Shown: positions 13,111-28,270, numbered from the stretch's first letter. The stretch: 64,000 nucleotides of DNA from Tubiluchus corallicola (GCA_030141605.1 JAQGDQ010001021.1:5725-69724), one strand, 5' to 3'. The notes: generated by a model from the letters alone, not told the origin. Translations and numbers: made by a program.

Positions 13111-14084
13111 CTACGTCATTACGCACAATTACAATTATCGCACCAGGCTGCCAAGTGCCATGCGTACTCAAAATAAACCCCATACAGATAATGACACTAG
13201 CCAAAATCATCCACATTAGAAAATTACTAGTGATTACATATAAATGCCGGCTACAGAGTGACAGTACTCGTCTTAACTGCTGACCTCTGTGCAGTGAAAA
13301 CAACACAAAATTGCCAATTTCCTCCTACAGAATTCTCCGTCAGGAAGATGGCTATTCTACTGGAAATTCTGCGCAAAAGTTTCGTCTTCTAACTAGACAA
13401 ATATTGGCTGTGCAAACTGATGGCGCTGCCGTAGTTCTGATACAGCTAAGAGAAATTCTGACAAAAGAGGGAAAAAAAAGAGTCGACAGAGACGGCCGAA
13501 GTCTTTGTTTACCGCGGCGTTAAATGTCCTTCCCTTCTTTGTGCACCGCCCACAGAGACCATTCCACGGATCCTTCTGAAAAAAAGGGGGAAACGGCATA
13601 CGCGATTGCGTCTCGTTTCTTGTTTTACAAAAGCCGACGGTCCCCGTGGAACTGAAGTCCTTTTCATTATTTTCCAATGAGAATTACTCGGGGAAATAAA
13701 TTCGGTTTAAATTGAAAGCTTTCACACGCGCAGACCGTGATCGTGGATTGAATGCAAATCTACAAACGTGAAGCGAGTTATTAATCAATATACACGCGCA
13801 CGCGACTACGACATTATTACGAGATTTGATTGATTAATTTGATAAACAAACCTCACTGTGCCAGGACATGCGGCTTGTTTAAAACACTTCTTTAAATCTT
13901 GCCACACGAACGAATTCAACCACTAATCAATCAATCACCAAATCACCCTTTGAGATGTCAAACGATGTACGCCGCCCAGACGATGATCAAAATGATCCGT
14001 TTGCTCGGTTTACACCTATCGCATGGCCACAGGTTCAAATAAAGAATAAAGACGACTTATTTTACAGCCTTTATGCCTAATAGG

Positions 14085-14452
14085 TAGGGGTGAGGAGCAT
14101 TCTCTACCAGAAATCGAATTCGAATCGAACCGAACTTCAGTGATTCGAATTCGAACCGAATTCGAAAGATTCTCGAACAAGTTTTCGAACCAACAGCAAA
14201 AATTAGTCTTACAAGGATCATGCATATCGCTAGATTTTGTTCTGCAATAAAACGACTAGTAATTCCTTTAAAATTGTGTGCAGAAATCACAGCTAAATCA
14301 CGCTAATTACACGATGTTTCAACCGTTTTAGTGATAAAGAACATGTGCGATTGAAGTGCTGAATTATTCGAATCTATAGTTTTGGATTCGAATCGAGTTC
14401 GAACTAAAAAAACTCGTTCGAATCGAATTCGAGCGTTCGATGCTCACACCTA
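14085..14452. mobile_element. hAT-like MITE with a perfect 8-bp TSD
   Basis: CTAATAGG|TAGGGGTGAG...CTCACACCTA|CTAATAGG; many subterminal TTCGAA/TCGAAT motifs. Confidence 0.9.
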
Positions 14453-14477
14453 CTAATAGGCACGACCACGTTTTGAG

Positions 14478-15250
14478 TTAATTTATTTATTTTATTTATT
14501 TCATTCACACCCAATAGTAAAATGCAGTCTACAATAAACAAGCATAAATTTACAGTAAATTAACAATAAACTTACAAAAACATACCAACGGTTTACATAG
14601 GCAGCGCCTATTATGCACTCATTAAGTAGTTAACAGAAGCCAAATATGTAATGAATAAGCAGAGCAGTAAAGAAATTGATGCAGTAACTCGTTATCAATT
14701 TACAAAAGCCAAATATGTAATAAATAAGCAGACCAGTAAAGAAATTGATACAGCAAGTTAAGCATTAACCAAGTAGTTAACAGAAGCCAAATAGGTAATG
14801 AATAAAAGCAGACCAGTAAAGAAATTCATACAGTAACTCATTATGAATTTACAAAAGCCAAATAGGTAACGAATAAGCAGACCAGTAAAGAAACTGATGC
14901 AGTAAATTATGCACTAATTAAGTAGTTAACAGAAGCCAAGTAGGTAATGAATAAGCAGACCAGTAAAGAAATTCATACAGTAACTCATTGTGAATTTACA
15001 AAAGCCAAATAGGTAATGAATAAGCAGACCAGTAAAGAAATTGATGCAGTAAAATATGCACTAATTAAGTAGTTAACAGAAGCCAAATAGGTAATGAATA
15101 GGTTTGACATGACTTTTTCGTGTAAAAATTTTAATGAAGTTGTATTGTTTTTAATTATAAATGTTTCTAAAGTGCTTGTAATAAAAATGACTTATTTATT
15201 TTATTTTACTCAAACTCCAATAATGAAAATACATTTACAAAGTAAATTGG
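14478..15250. mobile_element. Interspersed repeat family C copy 1, with internal tandem units of about 69 bp
   Basis: Units agccaaataggtaatgaataagcagaccagtaaagaaattgat...; body shared with 37066-37580; similar ttatttattt...ccaata.t.aaat.ca sequences at both ends. Confidence 0.75.
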
Positions 15251-17325
15251 CTGGTTGACCATCTAACATTGTAAAGTGAAAGGCTTATTTAATAAACTGC
15301 TGTTATAAACTATGGATAATAAAGCAAGATTGGTAGTCAGTTTTGAATTTTTCAGATATATTTCTGTATAATGATACAAGATTATAATTTTGTAATTCCA
15401 TATTTTACCCAATAAAAAAAAATGATTTCGCTACTAAGTGGTGTATTTTTGATGAACCAAATACTACAGTATAGTAGTTAGTAGCACAATTATTCAAAAA
15501 TTTAATACAAATGAAAAAAATGTGCAGTATTTTGGACTTTTGCAATCTTTTTGGGCATCTACAACAAAACTTTTTGCAATACAGCACAGAGAAGCCCTAT
15601 ACGAAACCAAACCTCCTCCTTTCCACTCTACTTATTACCCCCAATAGGGAAGGTCATTAAATATTCATCACGAATAAAAGCTTTCATTAACAGTACAGCC
15701 AGTCTAGTTTCATTAATACGCAAGCCAGGTAGTAATGGCACTACTGGCCACCCATACTAATCGCGGCTTTATATATGGCACTTCTTGCTTTCCATACAAA
15801 TAATAATCATAGCCCTGATATTATGGAACCATTACGCAGCCATACAGAAGATGAGCCAGCGATACAATGATAGAGTGTCCAGAGTAATTATAACTGCATA
15901 AGAGAGAATTTAATCAGATAACGGCGTGGATTGTTGGACCCAGTGGGGTGTTGTTTGTCTTCACCTCACACCTGCTACCTGGGAGGATGAGGGGAAAGTG
16001 TTAATCAGTGAATCTATCGGCAAAATTCCGGGCAAGATTCGGTGAGAAAGAGTTACGAATTGTGAAAACTCAAAATGAAACGTACAGCATCTTGTAAGCG
16101 TACTGAATGAAGCCGTACCAAAGACAGAGACAGCATTTATTAAAAGAGATTAACTCTAATAACATGAAATCCTGAATGCCAGAGGTCTTATTTGGGGCGA
16201 GTTGGGTAAAAAAGATGAAAAAATTAATAGAAATGTGTTTTTGTGCAAATGGCAAAATTACATCTAGTGTTTCACAAGTCTGAATTTAAACGAATGTATG
16301 TTTATGCAATCAGCTATTATAGTTAAGTCAGTCAGTCAGTCAGTCAGTCAGCTAGAGTTTTAGATTCCGCGGTGTTTACACTAAATGATTATCAGATGCT
16401 GTTATAAAAGACGTTGTTTCAAGAATTTTCGTAATACCTCCGTCTTATCTAAAAGGGAAGAAAATTGGATTTAAACAACATTTCAAAAGAAACACCTGAC
16501 AATGTTATATTAGTTAGCAAAACACTTACCTGTTTGAAAGGCTTATATAATTGGAAAAGAAATTCATGATAATTTAAAAGGTTTAAAATACCTTTTTGCG
16601 TAGTTAGCTAAGAGTTTGCTAGGAGGAATAGTATGATTATTTTTTTCAAACTACGCCATGTTATCTAAATTTGTTTCAAAAGATCTATTCTCAAAACGGC
16701 TGTGCCGGTCAGCGCGGGGATTAAATTTATACGTTTCAGTCAGTGTTGCTGTCAATGCAAGCCCTGTACGCAATAAGATAGCACGGAAGTGATACAAAAT
16801 TTGAAGATCAATTTTCCAAGCTTTATTTACGAATTATAGTTTTGAGAAAATGTTTTTAGAAATTTTAAACATATCCCTACAAATAGAGGGAATGTATTCT
16901 GTACATAGTTTTTAAAAATAAAGAATTATAATAATAGGATAATAGCATCCAGAACGCATTAGGCAACAAGAATACATCGTTACTACCATAATTTCTTCAG
17001 CGACACAATGAAAATTACCAGCCAAATTAAAACAAATTTCGCACCATGAATTCAAATTAGCAACAATTCGCCTGTCAGCAAGCCTGGCAACACTTAAATC
17101 TATAATAACATTAATAATGCCACTTTCTTCGGCGAACTCGGCAGCGACAAAATTGCCTTTTGAGAAATTACTGCCCTTTTTTTCCGAAGAGAAAGGAGTG
17201 GAGAGGCTGGCATTAAATTTACATCGTTCGAAAACCGTAATTTATTCTCTTCAATGCAAAACAGAATGGCCGTCGTTTTAACTCTTTGCCGGGAAATTAA
17301 CCCTCTGTGACGCGAGCTGTACAGC

Positions 17326-17550
17326 AACCAGTGTCATCTGCACAGCTCTCATTTTTAGTGTGTGACGTCGATGCACAAATCAGTCTTCCTCAAGGTTCTG
17401 TTCTGGGACCAATTCTTTTTAGTTTGTATTTTAGAATAGGCATTTTCAAAGCTTGTTGTTAATTTCACCGTATAAACTCAAAATTTTCTGTCAAATGCAT
17501 TGTCTCAAAACAATCACATGTTTGGGACACTGTCCCGTGGTGTCATTTCT
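17326..17550 (+). mobile_element. Degenerate LINE RT fragment (inverted relative to 10134-10360)
   Basis: agtcttcctcaaggttctgttctgggaccaattctttttagtttgtat = SLPQGSVLGPILFSLY. Confidence 0.75.
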
Positions 17551-18474
17551 CATCACAGCGTGATCGATGGCAGTTATTATTGCCAGTTATCTATTGTCTT
17601 ATAGTCTGGCCCACATAGTTACCATTACATCCGTGGCCACGCAAGAGTAAATGTATGACTACGACAATGAAAAGGGTTTCAGAGAAAACGATGCTCTTTG
17701 TGGGTTCACAAAAGACTCTGCGCGAATTTAGAGGATGCGCAAATAAATTTCAACAGGAATTTGCATGGGATCACTAATTGATTTGGTACATAGCAACGGC
17801 ATCTGAATTGATGGATTTTGGCTTTTCTGCTATGATGCTAGTAGATTAACGTTGAAGTTGTACTGGAAAGAGTTCATTAACATTTTGCGTAGGCAGTTTT
17901 TTTTGCCTAGAGCACAGGCTTACAAGGTTTTAATTTTTATGAAAACCAATGTAAAAATTAGTCCTACAAATGCAATAACGAAAGAAGTTATGCTAGGTGC
18001 GAGCACATGTCGTACGTAGGTTGTACTGAAGTATATCGCTAAGTAGCGGCCGACCAGCAAGTGGCACATGGCACCTGTTAGTGTGTGTAGTTTGTACTAG
18101 AGAGAAAAGAAATGTGTGATATGTGTGAAAAAGGAAAGTAAGGCAGGTTAGTAAGAATAGGATAGCGATAAATAAAAGTTTTGGAAAAAAGAAGGTCATG
18201 GGAATAGGTTTATAAATTTTAGTTTTAGTTATTTGGGAGGTGATTGCTTTTATGGTTATTGTTACTTTTCTATTTTTATAAAGATTATCCAAGTTTGTGT
18301 TCGGTGCATTAAATAGATTTTGCTTTTCAAAGTTGACATTGTTGTCATTGAAATATTTAGCTTTTTTTTATTTTATTTTACTTTCATTTATGCAGGAGTG
18401 TAAGCAGTAAACAGTTTATTGTCATCATAGCATAATACATACAATGAAATTTATGTGGTTTTGTGTACTGCAGC

Positions 18475-18800
18475 GTTACTGTAAGAGCTTTCGTGTGTTG
18501 TACTAAAACTCGGAAAATTTTAAGATAAAAATTCGAATTTAAAAATTACACTCACGCATGGACTGTCGAACGTGAGTAGTTCGTGCACAAACTAGCACAT
18601 CTGAACTGAGAGGTACGGCACTAGTTTTTGTGCAATGCGTTTCCGAAATGAAGGCGCTAGTGCTACCGAAACTAGCGAATAGCGAAATGCGTGCAACAGC
18701 GAATAACTAGTGACGCGAATGTGAAATTGTGTTTGTGTGGTAATGATTCTTTGACGTAAGTTATTTTTGAAAAAATAGCATGTTTCATTTCAGTTTTGTT
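18475..18800. mobile_element. Fragment of Kolobok-like repeat family D
   Basis: actgtaaga...gtgtgttgt..taaaa.tcgga..ttttaagataaaaattcgaattt..aaatta...acgcatg..ctgtcgaacg is shared with 31100-31310 and 60785-61070. Confidence 0.65.
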
Positions 18801-19559
18801 GCTATGCTGATAACAAGATATGGCAACAAGATTTTGTTTTTAGCTTAACACAGTTCACCTTCCTTATGATGCTGTAGCATGTAGATGCACTGCAGGTACA
18901 AAACACCTGTACTTTACACTGATTAATTAAGAAGCTTTGCCATGCTGTAGGTCCTCTTTACCTGCGCTACCTGTACCTACCGCACCTGCTATAGGCAGGT
19001 AAGCAAATACGTACAGGATGCGAGCAAACTTAACAAAAATACACCCCACCTTTGTCCCGGAGTTTACCCGAGGTAAGCAAAAATCTTATACAAGGTCCTG
19101 TGCGCAAGACGCTGAGGCAGCTATTGACAATGATACATTTCACTTTAGACGCCGTACAATGCGTAGTGTTGCTTTGACTGGCTGGCATGGCTTTTTGTGC
19201 ACAGGAATGTAACAAAGGTCTCCACATTCCACGAATCTTGAAGGTTTATTTTACAGATATTTCACACATCAAACTCAATTTCGTCCAATACAAGTACAGT
19301 AGAGGCCTAAATCGGGTCAAATGGCTACATACAGTTAGACGGGCGTTTGATGCCGCGCTCATTTTCAGGCCTTACAGAGGACCACTGCACAGGTAAAGGT
19401 AGCCCTTGATGTTACCCCCACTTCAGGATATAATAGGACCACTTTAACGAGAGTGTAACTTTTTGTTACCTCCATTTTCAGACTACATAAGGACACACCC
19501 AGAGGCGTAAAATGTTACCACATTTTCAGGGCATATAGAGACACTGTTAAAATAGAGGT

Positions 19560-19815
19560 GGCGCTTTACGTTGCCCCAATTTTCAGGCTATAATGAGCAA
19601 CGGTAGGCTAGGAATATCACCTAATGTTGCCCTAATTTTCAGGCTAAAATGAACAACGGTAAGCCAGGAATGTCACCTAATGTTGCCCCAATTTTCAGGC
19701 TATAATGAACAACGGTAAGCTAGGAATGTCGCCTAATGTTGCTCCCATTTTCAGGCTATAATGAACAACGGTAAGCTAGGAATGTCACTTAATGTTGCCT
19801 CCATTTTCTGGCTAT
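19560..19815. repeat. 56-bp minisatellite (about 4-5 copies, decaying into the flanks)
   Basis: Unit aatgttgccccaattttcaggctataatgaacaacggtaagctaggaatgtcacct. Confidence 0.9.
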
Positions 19816-21427
19816 ACAGAAACACTGTTAAGGTAGGGTTGTCACTTGATTGTATTGCCATTTTCAAAACCTACCATTTTTGCTCTTTGTTGTCCTACAA
19901 TCTTCTGGCAACCTTACGCAAATCATTTCTAATTACGCTGAATCTTTATAATGCTTATTCCACACCCTGCAATTATCCAAATACCATGCTTGAATCTTGT
20001 AATATACTTCCTGATTACGGGGTCCCTCTTTATTGTTTTACCATCATCTGGTAACCTTATGCAAACCTCATCTAAACACCAACAAAGTTTACAACCCTTA
20101 ACTCCAACCCAGCAATTAAACAAACGGTGCCCATTGCTACCTGTGGTTGGGGTATCAGTGTGTAATCACTAAATACCTGGTCGAGTCTCTTCCTGCAGAT
20201 GTAACAGCTTAAATGAATCCTTCCAAAACGTACAATTTGTCTTAAACCAGTTAGTAAGTACTGTAATTTGACAACCTGCAATGTTTGCCAGTTGTCTGAC
20301 CAATGGTCAGTAAACAATAGACCTGGCGTTGAAGAAGATTGACCACCATATAGTGGCAGCGTGAATTCTGTTTGGCGGCCTGAATACAGTCAAGCCCAGA
20401 TCAGAGGAAGGCAGCAATTTTGGCCAAAAGATTAACTGCACCGCATTGTTTTTTAACCATATGGATAATTCCTTGTCCTGCTGGTACGAACAATGGCACC
20501 ATTGTTCTCAAAGGGTTCTGGAACTTCTATCTGAGCGGATTAACTAAACTTTCCTAGAGATGAACATACGCTTACGAGAATGGACCACAATGCAGGTTCC
20601 TCAGGACAGAGGCGGGATGATACCATCAAGGTAACCTCCCAATCAGTTGCATAAACCCGGGTCATACGTTGCTTGATGTATACAACAATTACGTAGTATG
20701 GATGTTGCGTTTTAAACAGACAGGCCGTGGTTAACGCATTGCGAACCTGAGCAAGCCGGGTAAACAAAGCGATTACATTAAGCAGTCCCAATGTGTGAAT
20801 GCCACATCACCTTGTTATACGGATCTGATGAGACAGCCTTAAACGATTCTCACAAAACCAGTTCAGATATTAATGCATTATGGATAGATTTCCAATTGTT
20901 GTTGAAAGTAGTGCACACATAATTCACGTCTGAGACACCTTCCCTTCACATAACAATGCAATACAATGTTAGAAGCAGTGTTAACGTCATATATTATGTG
21001 TCCATACTGAGCAAAGAAATATGAAATTACAATTTAAACCTATAATTCTAGTCATCACAACACGATAATGCGGCAGTCGTGCGCAGCTTAAATAACATTG
21101 CGTTTACATTTACGTTTTGACTCATGACTCTGAAGAAGGACTATAAAAAGTGTCCTTAATCTTAAGCTGTTCTTCACTCTCTCTAAGACTACCAAGTGAT
21201 TTACCATTATCAGTTACATTATCAAGAGCACCTAAACGCTGCTGGCTATATATATAACATATAAGGCTAATTGTTGCGTTAATATGACCATAACTTGTCG
21301 AAATGCTGCAGATATTAGTGTCTGAACAAAAGCCATGTCTTTACTGAAATGGCTATTTCACTTTGAAAATTCATTTTCCGAAACACCAATCAGTTAAACA
21401 CTTAATTATGTGGCCGAATAAAGCGAG

Positions 21428-21429
21428 TA

Positions 21430-21504
<75 letters not shown>

Positions 21505-21790
21505 ATATATATATATATAAGTCTGTGTCTTTGGTTTAAATTATTGAGTTTGACTTGCGTAATTGTGTTCTTGATAACGCGGTAGAGGTTTTTTGTAGCG
21601 CTGTATATGTGTGAAATTGTATCTTTATAACTGTTGTGTGCACTGCGTGGTTTGTAATTGTGATTATCCAATAAAATATCTCATATATATATATATATAT
21701 ATATGTATACCGCCTATATATGGGTGGATGGATGGATGGATGGATGGATGGATGGATGGATGGATGGATGGATGGATGGATGGATGGATG

Positions 21791-21868
<78 letters not shown>

Positions 21869-21872
21869 CAGA
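21428..21872. repeat. Tetranucleotide microsatellites (TATC)n, (GGAT)n, (AGAT)n and (TA)n
   Basis: Direct inspection. Confidence 0.95.
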
Positions 21873-23365
21873 TAAGGAAAGCGAGAAAACGAGAGAAAAA
21901 GACCAAAGAGATGCATAGCAACGTGGGCAGCGAAAACTGTCAGAATTTCACAAAACTCTAAACGCTTAAAAATAACTCCTTTCGAAAACAAAAAACCGCG
22001 CCAAATGACTTTTTAAATGCTCCTCGGACGGTATAATTTGGATTCCCCCGCTGAAGAGAAACTCATTGAACACAGCGGCCCGTCACAGCTGTGAAAACCG
22101 TGGAGTTGGCCAAGCAGTGCTGTGACACACATCATCGTGACAGCCAACACTGACAGATGAGTTTTCAATGACCTCCCAACAAATTACACTGTCCTTCGGG
22201 CTCAGTGCGAAATTGTCTTCTGTTAGCTTTTGTGTGTTCGGCCAATGAATATGCAATTTATTACCTGGAACCCCGCGCCGTACAGTCACGCTAGTTTTCG
22301 GAGGCATTGCCAGAGGTTTTATGATACGGAGAAATTGTACGAGCCGTCTGAATGTGTTTGCATAGGACATTCCCTAGAAGAACTAGACAATTTGACTTTT
22401 ACTCTCTGTTTTACAGCCGCCAGGTAAAAAATACCGAGGGTAATTCATTAGAGAAGCTAATGACCGTTAAACATGTGCAGCTTGAGAAGATTGAAGACAT
22501 TTGAAGAAGAAGCGACCTATGCCAACAAAATCGAATACCCTGCACATTTGATCCTGCTGATAGTGAAATTCATGGATTCAAGAATGGACTGCAGCAAGGA
22601 GGCCAACAAGATGGGTGTCGTCGTAGTGCCAGACAATTTCTCAGAAAAAGGAAATCGAAAAAGAAGAAAAATGCAAGAATGCATGATTTCATTTTTTAGT
22701 TGAGCAAGTGTCACACATTATTATTATTGTAGAGCCAATGTTGCCCACCATTCTGAAAAGAGATTGGTGAGAAATATTGTAACACATCCATGTTCCAGGA
22801 ATTGTTATATGGACTTAATTAGATAAACTGCTTCTACTTCTATCAGCCTAGTGCTACCAGGCAAAAGTCATTATAAAAAGTGGCTTCTTGCATTGTACAG
22901 TACCAGAGTTGTCACTAGTTAAAGTCAATGCAAAAAACACGAGATGGACAACAGCAAAAAAACCATCAGGAGTGCAATGTTTCCATACTCCCTATTGTGG
23001 ATAGTTGTGGATAGTTACACTGAACGTAATTAAACACTTCGAATAAAAATCACAGGTAATCGGGCAGCATCCACTTGAGCAAAGACATGGCTTTTATTGG
23101 GACACGAACATCAGACCAGTTAGGGTCATTTCACACAACAATCCACTGAATAAAACACGATCCGTGGGTTTACAATTTTGTATTTGTCTTGTTTTTGATG
23201 TTTGACACTTTTATACGTTGTATTTTTAATTAGGTGGTTTTATTGCATGTACATGTATTTGCTGGCTGTAATTTTCATCTTAAGAATTCTTTTTCCCCAT
23301 CACCAATCAGTTGAAAACTTAATTGTGTAGTCGAATAAAGCGATATATAAACAATCGAATGAACA

Positions 23366-23685
23366 GTGCGCGGTAAAAATGGCACAGGTAAAAGTGGCGC
23401 AGGAAAAAAGGGCACGAATGGAAAAGTAGGTAAAACGGGCACAGATAAGATGGAAAAACCTGTGCCATTTTTACCTGTGCAATTTGCACCTAATTTTCCT
23501 TTTTCCCGTCTGTGCCATTTACCAAGTTTTCCAAGTGTGCCCTTTTTCCTGTGCCATTTTTACCGATTCATTTTTCCTCTTCCATTTTTTATCTACTTTT
23601 CCATTTGTGGCGTTTTTCCCTGTACTATTTTTACCGCACGATTTTTTCCTGCGTCATTTTTACCTGTGCTATTCTTGCCCACGTT
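23366..23685. mobile_element. Foldback/MITE-like element built from inverted arrays of GGTAAAAATGGCACA-type subrepeats
   Basis: The left part has ggtaaaaatggcacagg units and the right part has the reverse complement cctgtgccatttttacc. Confidence 0.65.
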
Positions 23686-24680
23686 TGTAAGAACAACACG
23701 CAAAAATGGAGTTGACAAAAATACAAAAAATCACGAGCACGCTGCAGAAAGTAACGAAACATACAACAAAGAACATAATGTAACAATCGAGAAAACAATG
23801 AAACAGTTGCAAGCATTCACAATGGCAATTCGCTGAACAATGACTCGTTAGACAAATGCAGGTTTCAGACTGTCTAGCACTGGGGGCATCCGAAATTACC
23901 CTATTGTTCGTGCAGCTAGCTACGGTATTGTTTCAACAAGCCGTGCGAGAAGAACGGGAACTCTATCAGGGATAATTCCCCAATTCCAGGGGTTAAGTGC
24001 GCAAAGTGAGTTTACACGCTCAGCAAACAGACCTTCGGGTTCTTCAGAACAGGATGATAATCATCGTAGAGAGATCAATCACCACAACAACCCAACTGAA
24101 TCGCTGCCAGTGACTATGAAATTGCTCTCCAATTATTATCAATTTCACCTCTAAACTGTCATGGCTGACTAACCTTCGGCAACTTTTCTACTCAAAATGT
24201 TACAATCTGTCCATTCACGCCGAGGGAACCACAAACAATTGGGTCCTACCGCCCGTTAAACGAACGGGGAGTCGTTGGAGGTGCACGACTAGGAAAAAAG
24301 CATCTCCCGAATGTGCACATAGCTCGACGAGCAACCCCCCCCTCTCCCAGCTGGGGGCTACCAAAAGGCACCTTTAAAAGATTTTTGAAGGAGCCACTGG
24401 GTTACCGTTGCAATAAACAACATCAAGCTCGTTGTAATGGTTCCTAAACGCCTCGTCAAAGCCAAAGGCAAGACAAAGATTGGGGCAAAGGCAATACTTG
24501 ATTGCCGTCGTAATAGGCTGCAGCAGCAGACTAAGTTACTAAACACTTCATCAAAACCCAAAACCCTCACAGACAGAGATGGGGCGCAGTTAATACCAAC
24601 TAAGCGCCTCATCAAAACCAAGACACAGAGATGAGGCGAAGCAAATACCAATCAGTTGGTAATTACAGCACAAAAAGTAC

Positions 24681-25159
24681 TATACGTTTTACACCTCAAA
24701 TGTAGACACAGGAAAGTTCAAATGTGACTTTGGTAAGTCAAACGTAGACAAAGGAATTTCGAATGTGTTTTGGTAACTCAAATGTGACTTAGGTAAGTCA
24801 AATGTAGATGCATTACTTTGAATAAATCGGTAATTAAGTTATTTAAGTGCAAATTAGAAAAATATAAACCAAAGATAGTGCATCTATTAGTAGGCCTATA
24901 ACGTTGTTATTTTAACTTAGGAGCAATTATTAAATTGAAATTAAAGAAGATTAAATTTAACATCCTTAAGATACCAATGTCACATTTGACTTGACATGTG
25001 TCTACATTTGACTTACCAAAAACGCTTAAGATTTCTTGAAAACCATTGTTAACACATTTGAACTACCTACGTCTACATTTGAGTTACCAAGACACATCTG
25101 AATTACCCAAATCTACATTTGAGTTAACGCAGGTCTACATTTGACATGTAAAACCTATA
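24681..25159. mobile_element. Foldback-type MITE with long modular TIRs
   Basis: tatacgttttacacctcaaatgtagac...gtctacatttgacatgtaaaacctata; caaatgtagac/caaatgtgac modules are mirrored in both arms around an AT-rich core. Confidence 0.75.
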
Positions 25160-25222
25160 CTTCAAAGAATGTCATTCTTTAGGTATCGATAATTACATGA
25201 AGTTTTGCAGTGAAATGAATTA

Positions 25223-25705
25223 CCGTATTTTCCCGTGTATAAGAGACCCTTTTTTGCTCAGAATTTTCACTTTAAAAATAGGGGGTCTCTTATACATGGG
25301 AGTAAGTCTTTTCAATAAGATGCATAAATTGTGACACTAATGATTTTAAAGAAATAAGTGCTCTACAACTGTTTTATTTCGAATAATTATAGTTTCCTTT
25401 CAATAAATCTTCTCCATGGCTAAATTCTAATGATAAAATTAATGTACCGGGTAAGTTATTATTTTTTTAAATGTCAAAAGAGGACAATGCCATTTTTGAG
25501 CAGAGTGACTCCTCTGATGATGAACTGGCTGGAATTGCTGAAGGTCTGACTCCAGTTGATATTTTTGATGAGAGTGATGAGGAATTTAATGATTTTTATG
25601 ATGAATAAAGTTATTCATTACCAAAAAACTTTTTTCCAGAATTTTTGCCTAAAAATTGAAGGGGTCTCTTATACACAAGGGTCTCTTATACATGGGAAAA
25701 TACGG
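25223..25705 (+). mobile_element. Tc1/mariner-superfamily (pogo-like) MITE, family E copy 1, 483 bp
   Basis: TA|CCGTATTTTCCCGTGTATAAGAGACCC...GGGTCTCTTATACATGGGAAAATACGG|TA; retains an acidic transposase-tail-like frame EDNAIFEQSDSSDDE...DESDEEFNDFYDE*. Confidence 0.92.
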
Positions 25706-26459
25706 TAATCTGTAAATAACAGGACCAAGAACATAAACAAACAACCGCACTGCACCCCTGCGCCCTCTGCATGACGTCAGAATACCCAAAATAAAAACGC
25801 AGTTAAGTGGTCCATTTTCTCGCAAGCAGATAACTATCATGTGGACAGGACACGAGCCGTGGGACGAAACACTGACCAGTGCAGCAAAATAATCCGATAT
25901 CCTAGGCATTTCAACATCAACAAGGGGCTTGTAATTGAGACAGTGTAGGCAAGAAGAAGTCTAAAAGCAGCGGGGAAAACTGTAAACCAAGAACACTGTA
26001 ACAGCTGTACAGAGAACCCAAGCGACTGATGGAAACTGTTGCAATATTTCACCGGGAGCGCAAACCAACTCGACACAGGACCCATTGTCATTGGGCACAA
26101 TCACTGGCCATTTACTGACCGGCACAGCTTTGTCCAAAACCAGGCCACGATCGCCATTACGTTTCCCAATGTGACCAGAATTCATTCACTGCCTCGCCAA
26201 ACGTGATGGGCGGTTATAAACTCGAGACAGAATAGACTCTTCAATGGACTGTACAAGTAGTAGTAACACATCCTTGCAGATGTTTCACAGATCCTCAGGT
26301 GCGTTAATTAGAATAATAAGCAGGTAAACCTGTCCGCTTAATTATGGATATGTATCGTGTTTCTCAATAATGATAATAATAATAATAGGTGTGGTCAACT
26401 ACTTATTCACTAGAAATCGTCCAGTAATTAAAAGTTCAATGTGCAGAGGGATTAACGAA

Positions 26460-27440
<981 letters not shown>

Positions 27441-27711
27441 GAGAGATGGGGAAGAAAAGGGCGAGGAGTCATAAACAGACAAATGGAGAAAGAGCACGCA
27501 CGTGTGAGAGAGTAATAGAGAGAAAGAGAGGGGGGGAATACGAGGACGAGCTGTAGATTATGTGGCATTAGTAAGTGATGCTATCACCAGCTACACTAGT
27601 AAACTTACACCAAATAAACATTTTTCTCAAAACCCCTTGAGCGAAAGTTCACAGCGATCTATATCAAACCGAGCAATGGATACAGGGAGGCTTAAATTCA
27701 GAGCAAAGCAA

Positions 27712-28270
27712 ATGATGATATTGATGATGATCATGATATGATGATGATGATGATGATGATGATAATAATGATGACGATGATGATGATGATGATGACTGAC
27801 TGACAATGGCGATGATGATATTGATGATGATGATGATAATGATGATGACGATGATGACGACGACGACGACGACGACGACGATGATGACGATGACAATGAC
27901 ATGATGATGGTGATGCTAGGATTGGTGTTGGCAGTGAACTGTGGTGGCAATAGTAGTGGGGATGGTAATGATTACGATGATAATAATGATGACGATAATG
28001 ACGATGATGATAATATTGAGGATGATGACGATGATGATGACGATATTGATGATGATGATGACGATGATGATGACTGACGAGGACGATGATGACAATGACA
28101 ATAATGATGATGGTGATGCTGGGATTGGTGTTGGCGGTGACTGTGGTGGCAATAGTAGTGGGGATGGTAACGACTACGATGATAACGATGATGAAGTTAA
28201 TGACGATGGCGATGAAAATTACGTTGTCAATGATGGTGTCAAGAATGATGAGGACAACGGTGGGCACCAT
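27712..28270. repeat. (GAT/GAC)n low-complexity region with an internal higher-order duplication
   Basis: gatggtgatgct.ggattggtgttggc.gtga.ctgtggtggcaatagtagtggggatggtaa occurs twice. Confidence 0.9.

Noticed and set aside
20070-20800. Possible decayed LINE coding sequence on the minus strand (RKRLDQVFSDY...)
   Set aside because: Only a faint resemblance to ORF2 C-termini; too weak to call without an HMM search.
20822-21170. Hammerhead-like starts CTGATGAG (about 20825) and CTGAAGAAGGAC...GTCC (about 21130)
   Set aside because: Both lack the GAAA box after the putative stem II, so the catalytic core is incomplete; at most decayed remnants.
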